A DNA stretch of 64,000 bases from Thermoanaerobaculia bacterium (GCA_036398925.1 DASWOB010000071.1:8425-72424), one strand, 5' to 3'. Shown: positions 1 through 9,813, counted from the first letter of the stretch. A program made the numbers and translations. The notes: a model not told the origin generated them from the sequence alone.

Positions 1-88
1 TTCTCCCCACCGGTGGGGGTAGTCGGCTCGGCCGACAAGAATTCGGGTCCTGGCGCGGTCGGCGCGTACCTCGCTACCATGCGACACC

Positions 89-472
89 GTGGGAAGCCTG
101 ACGTACCCGTACGAAGCAGAACCGGAACTCGACGCTCTGATTCGCCTCGTTAGTGACAAACTGGCGGAAAATGCTGGGCAGCGGACTGGCCCCGAACGCG
201 AGCGTTACCTGGGCGCGATCGAGCAGCTAGCGGCGCCGTACGTCCTTAGTTTCCACGAGGAGATTCTGCGGCTTCGGGAAGCATCCAAGCGGCTAAACCG
301 GCTGCGGAGCCGGCTGCTCCTCATGATGAGGGTAACCGCGCAGCTGCGCCCAACGCGCCGGTCGATCATTTCGACCATGCCGCCGACGCGTGCGGACGCC
401 GGGCGGTCACAACCCGACATCAGTTCTGTTCCCGGGGCGGAAACCGCGCGGTCGAAGGCCCGAAAGCAGTAG
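89..472 (+). CDS. hypothetical protein (weak call)
   Basis: Only sizeable ORF before position 650. The N-terminal half reads like a helical protein. The C-terminal half is Arg/Pro/Ser-rich and may not be native. No motif recognised. Confidence 0.2.
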   Translation: MGSLTYPYEAEPELDALIRLVSDKLAENAGQRTGPERERYLGAIEQLAAPYVLSFHEEILRLREASKRLNRLRSRLLLMMRVTAQLRPTRRSIISTMPPTRADAGRSQPDISSVPGAETARSKARKQ

Positions 473-701
473 GCGCGCGGGCAAGCTCGCGAATAGCCCG
501 CTCAGCGAACCCACCGCCGCACCCGTCATCGCCCGGCAGGATCGAGTAAAAACTTGGGCGATTTGGGCAAGGATTCGCGGCGGCCGAAACCTAGATTGAT
601 CACCGCGACCGAGGCGATGAGGCATCTCGCGTCGATTCAGGCTGGCCACATGCATGGACACCGCGACGTGGTGTTCGAGAAGAACTAGCCAGGAGGACGC
701 G

Positions 702-1544
702 ATGAGCGACGAGCTCGACGACAACGATCTGGATGTCGATCTGACAAAAGACGAAGAGGCTCTCCTCGCGGAGATGCCCGAGCTGACCGGCGTCGGCGGG
801 CACACGCGCCGGATGTTCCTCGGGACGACGATCGCTGGCGGGCTGGGGCTGTTCGCGCTCGATCTGCTGGCGCAGCAGGAGGCGCTGGCGGCACTCGCTC
901 CTGCCTCTGATGCGGTCACGGCGGCGGGGGCGGCGGGGCAGAACGTGGTCAAAGTCGCGTTCAAGGTGAACGGGGCGGTGAGGACGCTCGAGCTCGATTC
1001 GCGGGTGGTGCTGCTGGATGCGCTGCGGGAGCGGCTGGAGCTGACCGGGTCGAAGAAGGGGTGCGATCAGGGGCAGTGCGGGGCGTGCACGGTGATCGTC
1101 GACGGCCGGCGCGTGCTGTCGTGCCTGACGCTCGCCGCGACCGTCGAGGGGAAGGAGGTCACGACGATCGAGGGGCTGGCGAAGAACGATCAGCTCCACC
1201 CGATGCAGGCGGCGTTCATCAAATACGACGCGTTCCAGTGCGGCTACTGCACGCCGGGGCAGATCTGTTCGGCGGTGGCGCTGCTGGACGAGGCGCGCCG
1301 AGGCGAGGTCAGTCACGTGACGGAAGACGTCGGCGCGACGACGACGCAGCTCACCGACGATCAGATCCGCGAGCGGATGAGCGGCAACATCTGCCGCTGC
1401 GGCGCCTATCCGGGGATCGTCGCGGCCATCCAGGAAGTGCATTCGGGGCGGCAGACGCAGCACACGTGGCGCTTCGTCGATGAGGAGCAGCTCGCTCGTG
1501 TCCGGCAGATGGACGGCAGGGAGGATGGCTATGAGACCGTTTGA
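702..1544 (+). CDS. Xanthine dehydrogenase-family [2Fe-2S] small subunit with Tat signal (PaoA/YagT-like)
   Basis: Twin-arginine signal RRMFLGTTIAGGLGLFAL. Two Fe-S cysteine clusters (CDQGQCGACTV; CGYCTPGQI ... NICRCGAY). AGGAGG lies 5 nt upstream of ATG 702, inside ORF 654..1544. Confidence 0.9.
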   Translation: MSDELDDNDLDVDLTKDEEALLAEMPELTGVGGHTRRMFLGTTIAGGLGLFALDLLAQQEALAALAPASDAVTAAGAAGQNVVKVAFKVNGAVRTLELDSRVVLLDALRERLELTGSKKGCDQGQCGACTVIVDGRRVLSCLTLAATVEGKEVTTIEGLAKNDQLHPMQAAFIKYDAFQCGYCTPGQICSAVALLDEARRGEVSHVTEDVGATTTQLTDDQIRERMSGNICRCGAYPGIVAAIQEVHSGRQTQHTWRFVDEEQLARVRQMDGREDGYETV

Positions 1545-2520
1545 TTACGTGCGCGCCAGCGATGCGAGCGCCGCGGCCCGCGCGGTCGGCGCGAACGCGC
1601 AGGCGAAGTTTCTCGCGGGCGGGACGAACATCCTCGATCTGATGAAGGAGGACGTCGAGCGGCCGAATCAGCTGGTCGACGTGACCCGGCTGCAGCTCGC
1701 GGAGATCAAGCCGTTACGCGGCGGGGTCTCCATCGGCGCGCTGGCAACGAACAGCATCACCGCGAACCATCCGCTCATCCGCAACCACTATCCGCTGCTG
1801 TCGCAGGCGATCGTGGCCGGCGCCTCCGCGCAGCTGCGCAACATGGCCACGAACGGCGGCAATCTCCTGCAGCGGACGCGCTGTCAGTACTTTTATGACG
1901 TGGCAATGCCGTGCAATAAGCGCGAACCAGGCAGCGGCTGCGGCGCGCGCGAGGGGCTCAACCGCATTCACGCGATCTTCGGCTGGAGCGAGGCGTGCGT
2001 AGCCACCTATCCGGGCGACATGGCCAATGCGCTCTATGCGTACGAAGCGGTCGTGCGCGTCCGCGCCGCGAATGGAAGGGAGCGGACGATCCCAATCGAC
2101 GAGTTCCACCGCCTCCCTGGCACGACGCCACAGAAGGACACAAACCTCGAGCACGGCGAGCTCATTGTGGCGATCGAGCTGCCAAAGTCGAATTTCGCCA
2201 AGAACGCGTATTACCTGAAGGTACGCGACCGCGCGTCGTACGCATTTGCGCTCGTCGCCGTTGCCGCCGCTCTGGAGCTCGACCGCGGAACGATCCGCAA
2301 CGCGCGCGTGGTCCTCGGCAGCGTGGCCCACAAGCCATGGCGCAGCCGGGAAGCGGAGGCGGCTCTGGCCGGACAACCGGCGTCACCGGAGAGCTTCCAG
2401 CGCGCGGCCGAAGCGGCAATGCGCGATGCGAAGCCACTCGCACACAACGCGTACAAAGTGGAGCTGGGCAAACGAGCCATCGTGCGGGCGCTCCTGCGCG
2501 CGAGCGGGGCTGCGTCGTGA
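1531..2520 (+). CDS. Xanthine dehydrogenase-family FAD-binding medium subunit (PaoB/YagS-like)
   Basis: FAD-binding region AKFLAGGTNILDLMK and a CO-dehydrogenase flavoprotein-like C-terminus. Internal ATG 1531 (MRPFDYVRA) is preceded by GGGAGGA and overlaps the upstream stop by 14 nt. Confidence 0.9.
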   Translation: MRPFDYVRASDASAAARAVGANAQAKFLAGGTNILDLMKEDVERPNQLVDVTRLQLAEIKPLRGGVSIGALATNSITANHPLIRNHYPLLSQAIVAGASAQLRNMATNGGNLLQRTRCQYFYDVAMPCNKREPGSGCGAREGLNRIHAIFGWSEACVATYPGDMANALYAYEAVVRVRAANGRERTIPIDEFHRLPGTTPQKDTNLEHGELIVAIELPKSNFAKNAYYLKVRDRASYAFALVAVAAALELDRGTIRNARVVLGSVAHKPWRSREAEAALAGQPASPESFQRAAEAAMRDAKPLAHNAYKVELGKRAIVRALLRASGAAS

Positions 2521-2700
2521 GCCGGGGGAACGACGGGAGGCCTCCGGCGGCCGGGGCCGCGGGCCCCGGACCCCGCTGGCAGGCCAAGCCTCCGCGTTAC
2601 AGAGTCTTGTTTTGCACGCGTGTCGTCGCGGAGGCTTGGCCTGCCAGACGGGTCCGGGCCCGTGGGCCCGGCCGCCGGAGGCCCCTCGTGGTTCTCCCGG
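2521..2700. repeat. About 180-bp composite palindromic element (inner core of the MITE-like family) between two operon genes
   Basis: Perfect 21-bp arms CTGGCAGGCCAAGCCTCCGCG / CGCGGAGGCTTGGCCTGCCAG. They are flanked by inverted copies of GAACGACGGGAGGCCTCCGGCGGCCGG..GCCGCGGGCCC, a core also seen at 16022-16154, 21181-21340 and 43804-43903. Confidence 0.8.
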
Positions 2701-2718
2701 TCTGCTAAGGAGGCATCG

Positions 2719-4935
2719 ATGCCGAGATACATTGGGAAAGAGATGAGCCGCGTCGATGGCGTGGCGAAAGTGACGGGCAAGGCCAAATATGCGGCCGAGT
2801 TCCGTGCGCCAAACCTGGCGTACGGATTCGTGGTGACGGGAAGCATCGCCAAAGGCTCGATCAAATCGATCGATACGCGCGAGGCCGAGAAGGCAGCCGG
2901 CGTGGTGCGCGTCTTCACGCACCTCAATACACCGAAGTTCGGACCGAAACCGCCGGTCGAAGAAGCACCGCCGCGCGGTACGCAGCCGGAAGAGGACAAG
3001 TCGTTCCGCGCCCTGCAATCGGACCGGATCCTCTTCAACGCCCAGCCGGTGGCGCTGGTGGTGGCCGAGACGTACGAGCAGGCGCGGTTCGCGGCGCGCC
3101 TGGTCAAAGTGGCCTACAACGCGGAGAAGCACGTCACCGACACCGAGGCGGTCCGAGGGGCCGCACGCATCCCGCCGCGTGTTCCTGATGTGCGGCGTGG
3201 CAACCCCGAGGAGGCGATGCGGAACGCGGCGGTCAAGGTGGAGGCCGAGTACCGCATCCCGATCGAGCATCACAATCCGATGGAGCCGCACGCCGCGGTC
3301 GCCGTCTGGCAGGGCGACAAACTGACGATCTTCGACAAGACCCAGAACGTCTACGGCGTGCGGGAGCACCTCGCGGCCAGCTTCGGGATCGCGCCGGAAA
3401 ACGTCAACGTCGTCTCGCCCTTCGTCGGCGGTGCCTTCGGAGCTTCGCTGCGTCCCAACTATTACCCCGCGCTGACTGCAATGGCGGCGCGCGAGCTGAA
3501 ACGGCCGGTGAAGCTGGTCTACACGCGCACGCAGATGTTCACCGGCCACGGCTATCGTCCTTACACGATCCAGAAGATCGCCCTCGGCGCCGATTCGTCG
3601 GGGAAGCTCTCCTCGATGATCCACGAAGCGGTGCACAACACGTCGTCGTTCGAGATGTTCAATGACGGCACGACCAACTTCACGCGCCAGGTGTACGCCT
3701 GCCCGAATCTCTACGCGCCGGTGAAGGTCTCGCACACCGACCTCAATACACCGACCTGGATGCGTGCGCCGGGCGCCGTCAGCGGGATGTTCGCGCTCGA
3801 ATGCGCGATGGACGAGCTGGCGTATTCGCTGAAGATCGACCCGCTCGAACTGCGCCTCATCAACTACGCGGAGCTCGATCCGGAGAGCGGCAAGCCGTGG
3901 TCGAGCAAAGCGCTCCGCGAGTGCTATCGCGTCGGCGCCGAGAAGTTCGGCTGGAAGAACCGCAAGTTCGAGCCGCGCTCGATGCGCGATGGGCGACTGC
4001 TGGTCGGCTGGGGCACGGCCACCGGCGTCTGGGGTGCCTTCCAGCGCGAGGCCACCGCGAAGATCACGCTTCGCGCCGACGGTACCGCCCACGTCGCCAG
4101 CGCGACCAGCGACATCGGCCCCGGTACGTACACGGTGATGACGATGATCGCCGCCGAGTACCTCGGCCTGCCCCCGGACAAAGTGCAGTTCGAACTCGGC
4201 GACACGAAGTTCCCGCGGGCACCGTCGCAGGGAGGCTCGCAGACCACGTCGAGTGTCGGCTCGGCAGTGATGGGGGCAGCGCAGGCGGTCGGCGCGAAGC
4301 TGCTGTCGCTCGCCAGAAAGGATCTGAATTCGCCGCTGAGCGGAGCGATCGGCGCGGACGTGGAGATGCTCGACGGCCGGCTGCGGCTCAAGGCCGACCC
4401 GTCACGCTTCGTCGACATCGCCGAGGTCATGCGCCGCAACGGCTTGACCGAGATCACCGAGACCTACACCTCGCGCCCCTCTCCCGAGCGACAGAACTAC
4501 GCCTCACTCGCCCACGGCGCGCAGTTCATCGAAGTCAAAGTCGATCCCGACCTCGGCACGGTCCGTGTCACGCGGGCCATCGAAGTCTCGGCCTGCGGCA
4601 AGATCATCAACCCCAAGGCCTCGCACAGCCAGGAGATCGGCGGTATCGTCTGGGGCATCGGCATGGCCCTGCAGGAAGCCACCGAGATCGACCACCGCTT
4701 CGGCCGGATCATGAACCCCAACCTCCAGCACTACCACGTCCCGGTCAACGCCGACATCCACCAGATCCACACCGAGTTCATCGAAGAGGACGACCGCATC
4801 GTCAACCCCCTCGGCGTCAAGGGAATGGGGGAGCTGGGGATGGTGGGCATCCCGGCGGCCATCGCGAATGCGGTGTTTCACGCGACCGGGCGGCGGGTGA
4901 GGGATTTGCCGATTACGCCGGACAAGTTGTTGTGA
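2719..4935 (+). CDS. Xanthine dehydrogenase-family molybdopterin-binding large subunit (PaoC/YagR-like)
   Basis: Aldehyde oxidase/xanthine dehydrogenase-type motifs (FVGGAFGAS, GGSQTTSS, C-terminal VKGMGELG). ATG 2719 is preceded by AAGGAGG. About 740 aa. Confidence 0.92.
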   Translation: MPRYIGKEMSRVDGVAKVTGKAKYAAEFRAPNLAYGFVVTGSIAKGSIKSIDTREAEKAAGVVRVFTHLNTPKFGPKPPVEEAPPRGTQPEEDKSFRALQSDRILFNAQPVALVVAETYEQARFAARLVKVAYNAEKHVTDTEAVRGAARIPPRVPDVRRGNPEEAMRNAAVKVEAEYRIPIEHHNPMEPHAAVAVWQGDKLTIFDKTQNVYGVREHLAASFGIAPENVNVVSPFVGGAFGASLRPNYYPALTAMAARELKRPVKLVYTRTQMFTGHGYRPYTIQKIALGADSSGKLSSMIHEAVHNTSSFEMFNDGTTNFTRQVYACPNLYAPVKVSHTDLNTPTWMRAPGAVSGMFALECAMDELAYSLKIDPLELRLINYAELDPESGKPWSSKALRECYRVGAEKFGWKNRKFEPRSMRDGRLLVGWGTATGVWGAFQREATAKITLRADGTAHVASATSDIGPGTYTVMTMIAAEYLGLPPDKVQFELGDTKFPRAPSQGGSQTTSSVGSAVMGAAQAVGAKLLSLARKDLNSPLSGAIGADVEMLDGRLRLKADPSRFVDIAEVMRRNGLTEITETYTSRPSPERQNYASLAHGAQFIEVKVDPDLGTVRVTRAIEVSACGKIINPKASHSQEIGGIVWGIGMALQEATEIDHRFGRIMNPNLQHYHVPVNADIHQIHTEFIEEDDRIVNPLGVKGMGELGMVGIPAAIANAVFHATGRRVRDLPITPDKLL

Positions 4936-5000
4936 GAGCTGAATACGGCCAAGCGGCGCGACTTCGCCTGCGTGTGTGACCAGGTTTCGGACTGCACTGT

Positions 5001-5037
5001 GGGGAGCGGGCGTCTCGCCGCGGGACGCCCGCTCCCC
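5001..5037 (+). terminator. Stem-loop between convergent genes
   Basis: 14-bp perfect stem GGGGAGCGGGCGTC / GACGCCCGCTCCCC with a 9-nt loop, 66 nt after the large-subunit stop. The T-tract is weak. Confidence 0.5.
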
Positions 5038-5094
5038 GTTACTGGTTCTGACGCCACTGCGCCGGTTTTGAGACTGAACGGTGTGGTGAGAGGC

Positions 5095-5122
5095 GCCCGC
5101 CCCCCGGAATCGAGAGGCGGGC
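5095..5122 (-). terminator. Short GC hairpin downstream of beta-helix gene 1
   Basis: GCCCGCC / GGCGGGC stem. Same sequence type and flank (GAACGGTGTGGT..GCGCCCGCCCC) as the hairpins after the two paralogs. Confidence 0.3.
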
Positions 5123-5131
5123 AGGGTCCGC

Positions 5132-7519
5132 TCAGTAGCTGATCTTGAGTTGATAGGTGGTACGCGTCGACGAGTAGCGCCAGACGAGCACGTGGACGTT
5201 GACGGCCGAGGAGCTGGTGTTGGTCCAGGAGACCTGGTCGGGCGTCGTGCCGCCGTTGGTCGCGCTCGCCAGTTCGGTGCCGGCGGCGTTGTAGAGATAG
5301 AGGTCGTAGTCGACCGACAGGCCGTTGAGCAGCGCGGTCACGGTGGCACCCGCGGGGAGGCTCAAGCGGAAGAAGTCGTTCTGCTGCGAGCTCGAGTCGT
5401 TGAGGAACGTGCCGGAGATCTGGTTGCAGCTTCCGGAGATCGCCTGCGGTGCGGAGATGCTGTTGTTCGGCTCCACGTCGGAGATGGAGTTGCAGACCGG
5501 TGCGGTCTGGTAGCTGCCGACGAGCGACGCGCCCGAATACGAGCCGTAGCCGTAGACCATCACGTGCCACGTACCGGCGGCCGGCGAGGCGAACGAGCAG
5601 GTCTCGTTGTTGTCGCTGGTGACGGGGCCGCAGTCGTAGGTGGAGGTCGTCGGCGCTGAGCCGTAGCGCACGTACAGATCGGCGTCGCCGCTGCCGCCCG
5701 AGGTCTGGAAGACGAGGTTCGTGGCGCCGGCGGGGACGCTCATCGTCCAGAACTGCTCGCTGCCGGATGCTCCCGAGAGTCCCGACACCGGAACGGCGTT
5801 CTGCAGCGTGGCCGGGCCGGTGGGGCCGGTCTGGTAGCTGCCGACGAGCGTCGCGCCCGAATAGGCGCCGTAGCCGTCGATCATCACGTGCCACGTACCG
5901 GCGGCCGGGGAGGCGAAGGAGCAGAGCTCGTTGTTGTCGCTGGTGACGGGGCCGCAGTCGTACGTGGAGGTGGTCGGCGCGGAGCCGAACCGCACGTACA
6001 GGTCGGCGTCACCGCTGCCGCCCGAGGTCTGGAACTGCAGGTTCGTCGCCCCGGCGGGGACGCTCATCGTCCAGAAGCGCTGGCTGCCGGCCGCGCCGGA
6101 GAGCCCGGTCACCGGGACGCCGTTCTGCAGCACGCTGCTGCCGGGCGTCGTGGCCGGCTCCGGCTTGATCGCGTGCGCCAGCGTCCAGCCGGGGTTCACG
6201 CCGTCGCCGGAGTAGGCACCGCGATAGGTGGCGATCCGCGGCCGGCTGTTGAAGTCGCGGTCGTACTCGAGAAAGCTGGTGAAGGGGGAGTAGTCGATGG
6301 CGGTGCCCTGAAGCTGGCCGCTCTTGGGGTAGAGGTCGAGGCCCGATCCGAGTGTCGCGGTCGGGTTGTTGAGATAGGTCGAAGCGGCGGCCATCGTGCC
6401 GGTGACGTTGTTGCTCTGCTGCCCGCCGGTCAGCGGCGTACCGGCGAAGACGGCGTTGCCGACGACGCGCTGCGTGTACGCCGGGTCGGCGCTCGCGATC
6501 CGGATGCCGTTCCCGCTCGCAATGATGGTGTTGTTGAAGATGTCGATCTTCCTCGGCACGCTGTTGTGCGCCTGAATTCGCACTCCCTCGTTGGTCCGAT
6601 TCACGAGCAGGTTGTCGTGGAAGGCGATGTTGCCCTCACCCTGGAAGAGGCTCTCGTAGGGGTTCTCGTAAAGGAGGTTCCCGTAGATCTGGTAGGTGTC
6701 GGTGGAGCCGGGGCCGGAGAGCGGCCAGTGCCCGACCAGGAGGTTCGGCCGCGCGCCGGAGCCGGAGAGCGAACCGGTGGCCTTGATGAAGGTGTTGTGG
6801 CGGATGATGGTCGTGCCGCTGGAGGGAACGCCGATCGAGGTGCTGCGGGTGATCTGGTGCTTGAACTGGGCGTTGTAGTCGAGCGTGTCGAAGACGAGGT
6901 TGTGCTCGACCAGCGAGTTGACGAATTCGTCCTCGCCATTGGAGTTGCCGAAGTACATCCCGGTTCCGGTGCTCTGGATCGTGTTGTGGCGGACGGCCCA
7001 GTTCCAGGCCGGACACTTGGTGCTGATGCCGACGGTGAGATACGTCTGGTTGAAGTTCCTGAAGTTGAGTCGTTCGATCAGGATGTGGTGCACGGAAACG
7101 GCGGGTGCCTCCGCTTTGACGCCGTCGCCCGCTTTACTGAGGCCATCGAGGGAGAGGTTGCGGAAGGCGAGGTAGCTCGAGTCTTTGAGGCTGATGACGT
7201 TCCAGCTGTCGCTGCCGGTGAAGAGAGCGGGGGAGCCGCTGGCGGGCCCTTCGAAGACGATGCACTTGCCCGGCTCGCCGTGCTTGTTCACGATGGGGAG
7301 GCCTTGGGTGTAGGTGCCGGCGGCGAGCAGGAGCCGATCGCCCGGGATGAGCCCCGCGATCAGCGAGCGGTAGTTGGAGGGGGTGGCCTGGATGGTCCGG
7401 AGCGGGGCCGCGCCGTTGCAGCCGCTGAGGGTGTCGGCGAGCGTCTGGGCGTGGACGGCGGAGGTGGCGACGACGAAAAGCGTGGCGATGGCGGTGCGGA
7501 GAAGCGCGTTCCTCAGCAT
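5132..7519 (-). CDS. Secreted right-handed parallel beta-helix protein (polysaccharide lyase/hydrolase-like) with three C-terminal PPC domains
   Basis: Signal peptide MLRNALLRTAIATLFVVATSAVHA. About 430 aa with periodic N/I/V-rich beta-helix turns (HNTI, HNLV, DNLL, NNTI, GNAV). Two nearly identical collagenase-type PPC repeats (GGSGDADLYVR.GSAPT) plus one terminal PPC (DVEPNNS..YDLYLYN). Confidence 0.85.
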   Translation of the reverse strand: MLRNALLRTAIATLFVVATSAVHAQTLADTLSGCNGAAPLRTIQATPSNYRSLIAGLIPGDRLLLAAGTYTQGLPIVNKHGEPGKCIVFEGPASGSPALFTGSDSWNVISLKDSSYLAFRNLSLDGLSKAGDGVKAEAPAVSVHHILIERLNFRNFNQTYLTVGISTKCPAWNWAVRHNTIQSTGTGMYFGNSNGEDEFVNSLVEHNLVFDTLDYNAQFKHQITRSTSIGVPSSGTTIIRHNTFIKATGSLSGSGARPNLLVGHWPLSGPGSTDTYQIYGNLLYENPYESLFQGEGNIAFHDNLLVNRTNEGVRIQAHNSVPRKIDIFNNTIIASGNGIRIASADPAYTQRVVGNAVFAGTPLTGGQQSNNVTGTMAAASTYLNNPTATLGSGLDLYPKSGQLQGTAIDYSPFTSFLEYDRDFNSRPRIATYRGAYSGDGVNPGWTLAHAIKPEPATTPGSSVLQNGVPVTGLSGAAGSQRFWTMSVPAGATNLQFQTSGGSGDADLYVRFGSAPTTSTYDCGPVTSDNNELCSFASPAAGTWHVMIDGYGAYSGATLVGSYQTGPTGPATLQNAVPVSGLSGASGSEQFWTMSVPAGATNLVFQTSGGSGDADLYVRYGSAPTTSTYDCGPVTSDNNETCSFASPAAGTWHVMVYGYGSYSGASLVGSYQTAPVCNSISDVEPNNSISAPQAISGSCNQISGTFLNDSSSQQNDFFRLSLPAGATVTALLNGLSVDYDLYLYNAAGTELASATNGGTTPDQVSWTNTSSSAVNVHVLVWRYSSTRTTYQLKISY

Positions 7520-7567
7520 GGAGTCTTCCTCTCAGGTTGCCTGCGGATGGAGTGGTATGGGCGAGGT

Positions 7568-7597
7568 GCGCCCGCCCCGCTTGCGAGGGGCGGGCGC
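7568..7597 (-). terminator. GC-rich hairpin after beta-helix gene 2
   Basis: GCGCCCGCCCC / GGGGCGGGCGC 11-bp stem with an 8-nt loop, 8 nt downstream of the stop at 7605. Confidence 0.5.
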
Positions 7598-7604
7598 GCG
7601 CCGG

Positions 7605-9728
7605 TCAGTAGCTGACTCTCAACTGATAGGTCGTTTGCGTCGATGCGTAGCGCCAGACGAGGACAGTGACGTCGACGGCCGAGCTGCTGGTGTTGGTCCA
7701 GGAGGCCTGGTCCGCGGTCGTGCCGCCGTTCTCCGAGCTCGCCACCTCCGTTCCGGCCGCGTTGTAGATGTAAAGGTCGTAGTCCACCGAGAGGCCGTTG
7801 AGCAGCGCGGTTACCGTGGCGCCGGCGGGGAGGCTCACGCGGAAGAAGTCGTTCTTCTGCGTGCTCGCGTCGTTGAGGAAGGTGCCGGAGATCTGGTTGC
7901 AGCTCCCCGAGATCGCCTGCGCCCCGGCGATGCTGTTGTTCGGCTCCACGTCCGAGGTCGAATTGCAGCTCGCCGCGGAGTGGGTGACCCTCAATTGATA
8001 CGTCGTGCGCGCAAACGAGGGGCTACGGAAGACGAGGACGTAGACGTCGATCGCCGAGGAGGTGGTGTTGGTCCAGGAGGCCTGGTCCGGGGTCGTGCCG
8101 CCGTTGTAGGAGGAACCGACCCAGTTCCCCGCGCCGTCGTAGATCTCCAGGTCGTAGTCCACCGTGAGGCCGTCGAGCAGTGCCGTCACCGCGTGGCCGG
8201 CTGGCAGGTTGAGGCGGAAGTAGTCGTACTCCTCCTGCAGCGGGGTCGCATCGTTGGCGAACGTCCCGGAGATCTGGTTGCAGCTCCCCGAGATCGCCTG
8301 CGGCGCGCTCATGCTGTCGTTCGGCTCCACGTCCGAGATTGGATTGCAGGCTGGGGGCGGCGTGGACGGCTCCGGCTTGATGGTCAGCGCCGGCGTCCAT
8401 CCAGGGTTCACGCCACTGCCCGAGTAGGCACCGCGAAAGGTGGTGACCCGCGACGTGCCGTTGAAGTCACGGTTGTAGTCCAGCAGCGACGAGAAGTTGG
8501 AGTAGTCGATGGCGGTGCCCTGGAGCTGACCGCTCTTCGGGTAGAGGTCGAGGCCCGATCCCAATGCGGCCATCGGGTTGTTGAGGTACGTCGAGGCCGC
8601 GCTGTAGCTTCCCGTCACGTTGTTGCTCTGTGTGCCGCCGGTCAGCGGCGTGGAGGCGAAGACGGCGTTGCCGACGACGCGCTGCGGGTAGGCGGGATCG
8701 GCGCTCGTGATGGAGATGCCGGTGTTCGTGGCCACGATTGTGTTGTTGAAGACCTCGAGCCGCCTCGGCACGCTGTTCTGCGCCTGGAAACGCACGGCCG
8801 TGCCGGCGCGCTGCACGAAGAGATTGTCGTGGAGGGCGACGTTGCCTTCCCCCTGGAAGAGCGATTCGTAGGGATTCATGTAGAAGACGTTCCCGTAGAC
8901 CTGGTAGATGTCGGTGGAGCCGGCGCCGGAGAGCGGCCAGTGGCCGACCAGGACGTTCGGCCGCACGTCGGGCCCTGAGACCGAGCCGGTCTCCTTGCTG
9001 AAGACGTTGTGGCGGATGATGGTCGTGCCGCTCGACGGCGCGCCGACGGCGGTGCTGCGGCTGAGCTGGTGCTTGAACTGGGCGTTGTAGCCGATCGTGT
9101 TGTAGACGAGGTTGTGCTCGACCAGCGAGTTCGAGAACTCGTAGCCGCCGGAGGAGTCGCCCAGGTACATTCCCGTCCCCGTGGCGTTGATCGTGTTGAG
9201 GCGGATGACCCAGTTCCAGGCGGGGCACTTGGTGCTGATGCCGACGCGCTGTTGATTGGGGTTGAAGTTCGTGATGTTCAGCCTCTCGAGCAGGATGTGA
9301 TGCACGGACACCGCGCTCGCTTCGGCCTTGACGCCGTCGCCCGCCTTGTCCAGGCCGTCGAGCGAGAGGTTGCGCACGGCGATGTAGCTCGAGTCCTTGA
9401 GACTCACGGTGTTCCAGCTGTCGCTTCCCGTGAACAGCGCGGGCGAGCCGCTGGCCGGCCCCTCGAAGACGATGCACTTGCCCGCCTGGCCGTGCTTGTT
9501 GTGGATGGGAAGACCCTGGGTGTAGGTGCCGGCGGCGAGCTGCAGCCGGTCGCCTGGGATCAGCCCCGCGATCAGTGAGCGGTAGTTGGACGGAGTGGCC
9601 TGGATGGTCCGGAGCGGAGCTGCGCCGTTGCAGCCGCTCACGGTATCGGCGAGAGTCTGGGCGTGGGTGGCCGAGGCGGCGAGAAGGATGGCGACGATGG
9701 CGGTCGCGAGAAAGGCTTTCCTCAGCAT
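7605..9728 (-). CDS. Secreted parallel beta-helix protein with two C-terminal PPC domains (paralog 2)
   Basis: Signal peptide MLRKAFLATAIVAILLAASATHA. The N-terminal 440 aa are collinear with 5132-7519 and 9814-11928. Two PPC domains (YDLEIYD type and YDLYIYN type). Confidence 0.88.
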   Translation of the reverse strand: MLRKAFLATAIVAILLAASATHAQTLADTVSGCNGAAPLRTIQATPSNYRSLIAGLIPGDRLQLAAGTYTQGLPIHNKHGQAGKCIVFEGPASGSPALFTGSDSWNTVSLKDSSYIAVRNLSLDGLDKAGDGVKAEASAVSVHHILLERLNITNFNPNQQRVGISTKCPAWNWVIRLNTINATGTGMYLGDSSGGYEFSNSLVEHNLVYNTIGYNAQFKHQLSRSTAVGAPSSGTTIIRHNVFSKETGSVSGPDVRPNVLVGHWPLSGAGSTDIYQVYGNVFYMNPYESLFQGEGNVALHDNLFVQRAGTAVRFQAQNSVPRRLEVFNNTIVATNTGISITSADPAYPQRVVGNAVFASTPLTGGTQSNNVTGSYSAASTYLNNPMAALGSGLDLYPKSGQLQGTAIDYSNFSSLLDYNRDFNGTSRVTTFRGAYSGSGVNPGWTPALTIKPEPSTPPPACNPISDVEPNDSMSAPQAISGSCNQISGTFANDATPLQEEYDYFRLNLPAGHAVTALLDGLTVDYDLEIYDGAGNWVGSSYNGGTTPDQASWTNTTSSAIDVYVLVFRSPSFARTTYQLRVTHSAASCNSTSDVEPNNSIAGAQAISGSCNQISGTFLNDASTQKNDFFRVSLPAGATVTALLNGLSVDYDLYIYNAAGTEVASSENGGTTADQASWTNTSSSAVDVTVLVWRYASTQTTYQLRVSY

Positions 9729-9778
9729 GGAGTCGTTCCTCTAAATAGTTGCGGTGTTGAACGGTGTGGTCGAGGAGC

Positions 9779-9804
9779 GCCCGCCCCCTCCAGCAGGGGC
9801 GGGC
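9779..9804 (-). terminator. GC-rich hairpin after beta-helix gene 3
   Basis: GCCCGCCCC / GGGGCGGGC stem with an 8-nt loop, 10 nt downstream of the stop at 9814. Confidence 0.45.
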
Positions 9805-9813
9805 CTGGTCAGG

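Noticed and set aside
2383-4092. 569-aa minus-strand ORF antisense to the molybdopterin subunit gene
   Set aside because: Its composition is dominated by Arg/Gly/Ala/His, as expected for the antisense frame of high-GC coding DNA. The plus-strand gene has clear family motifs and the antisense ORF has none.
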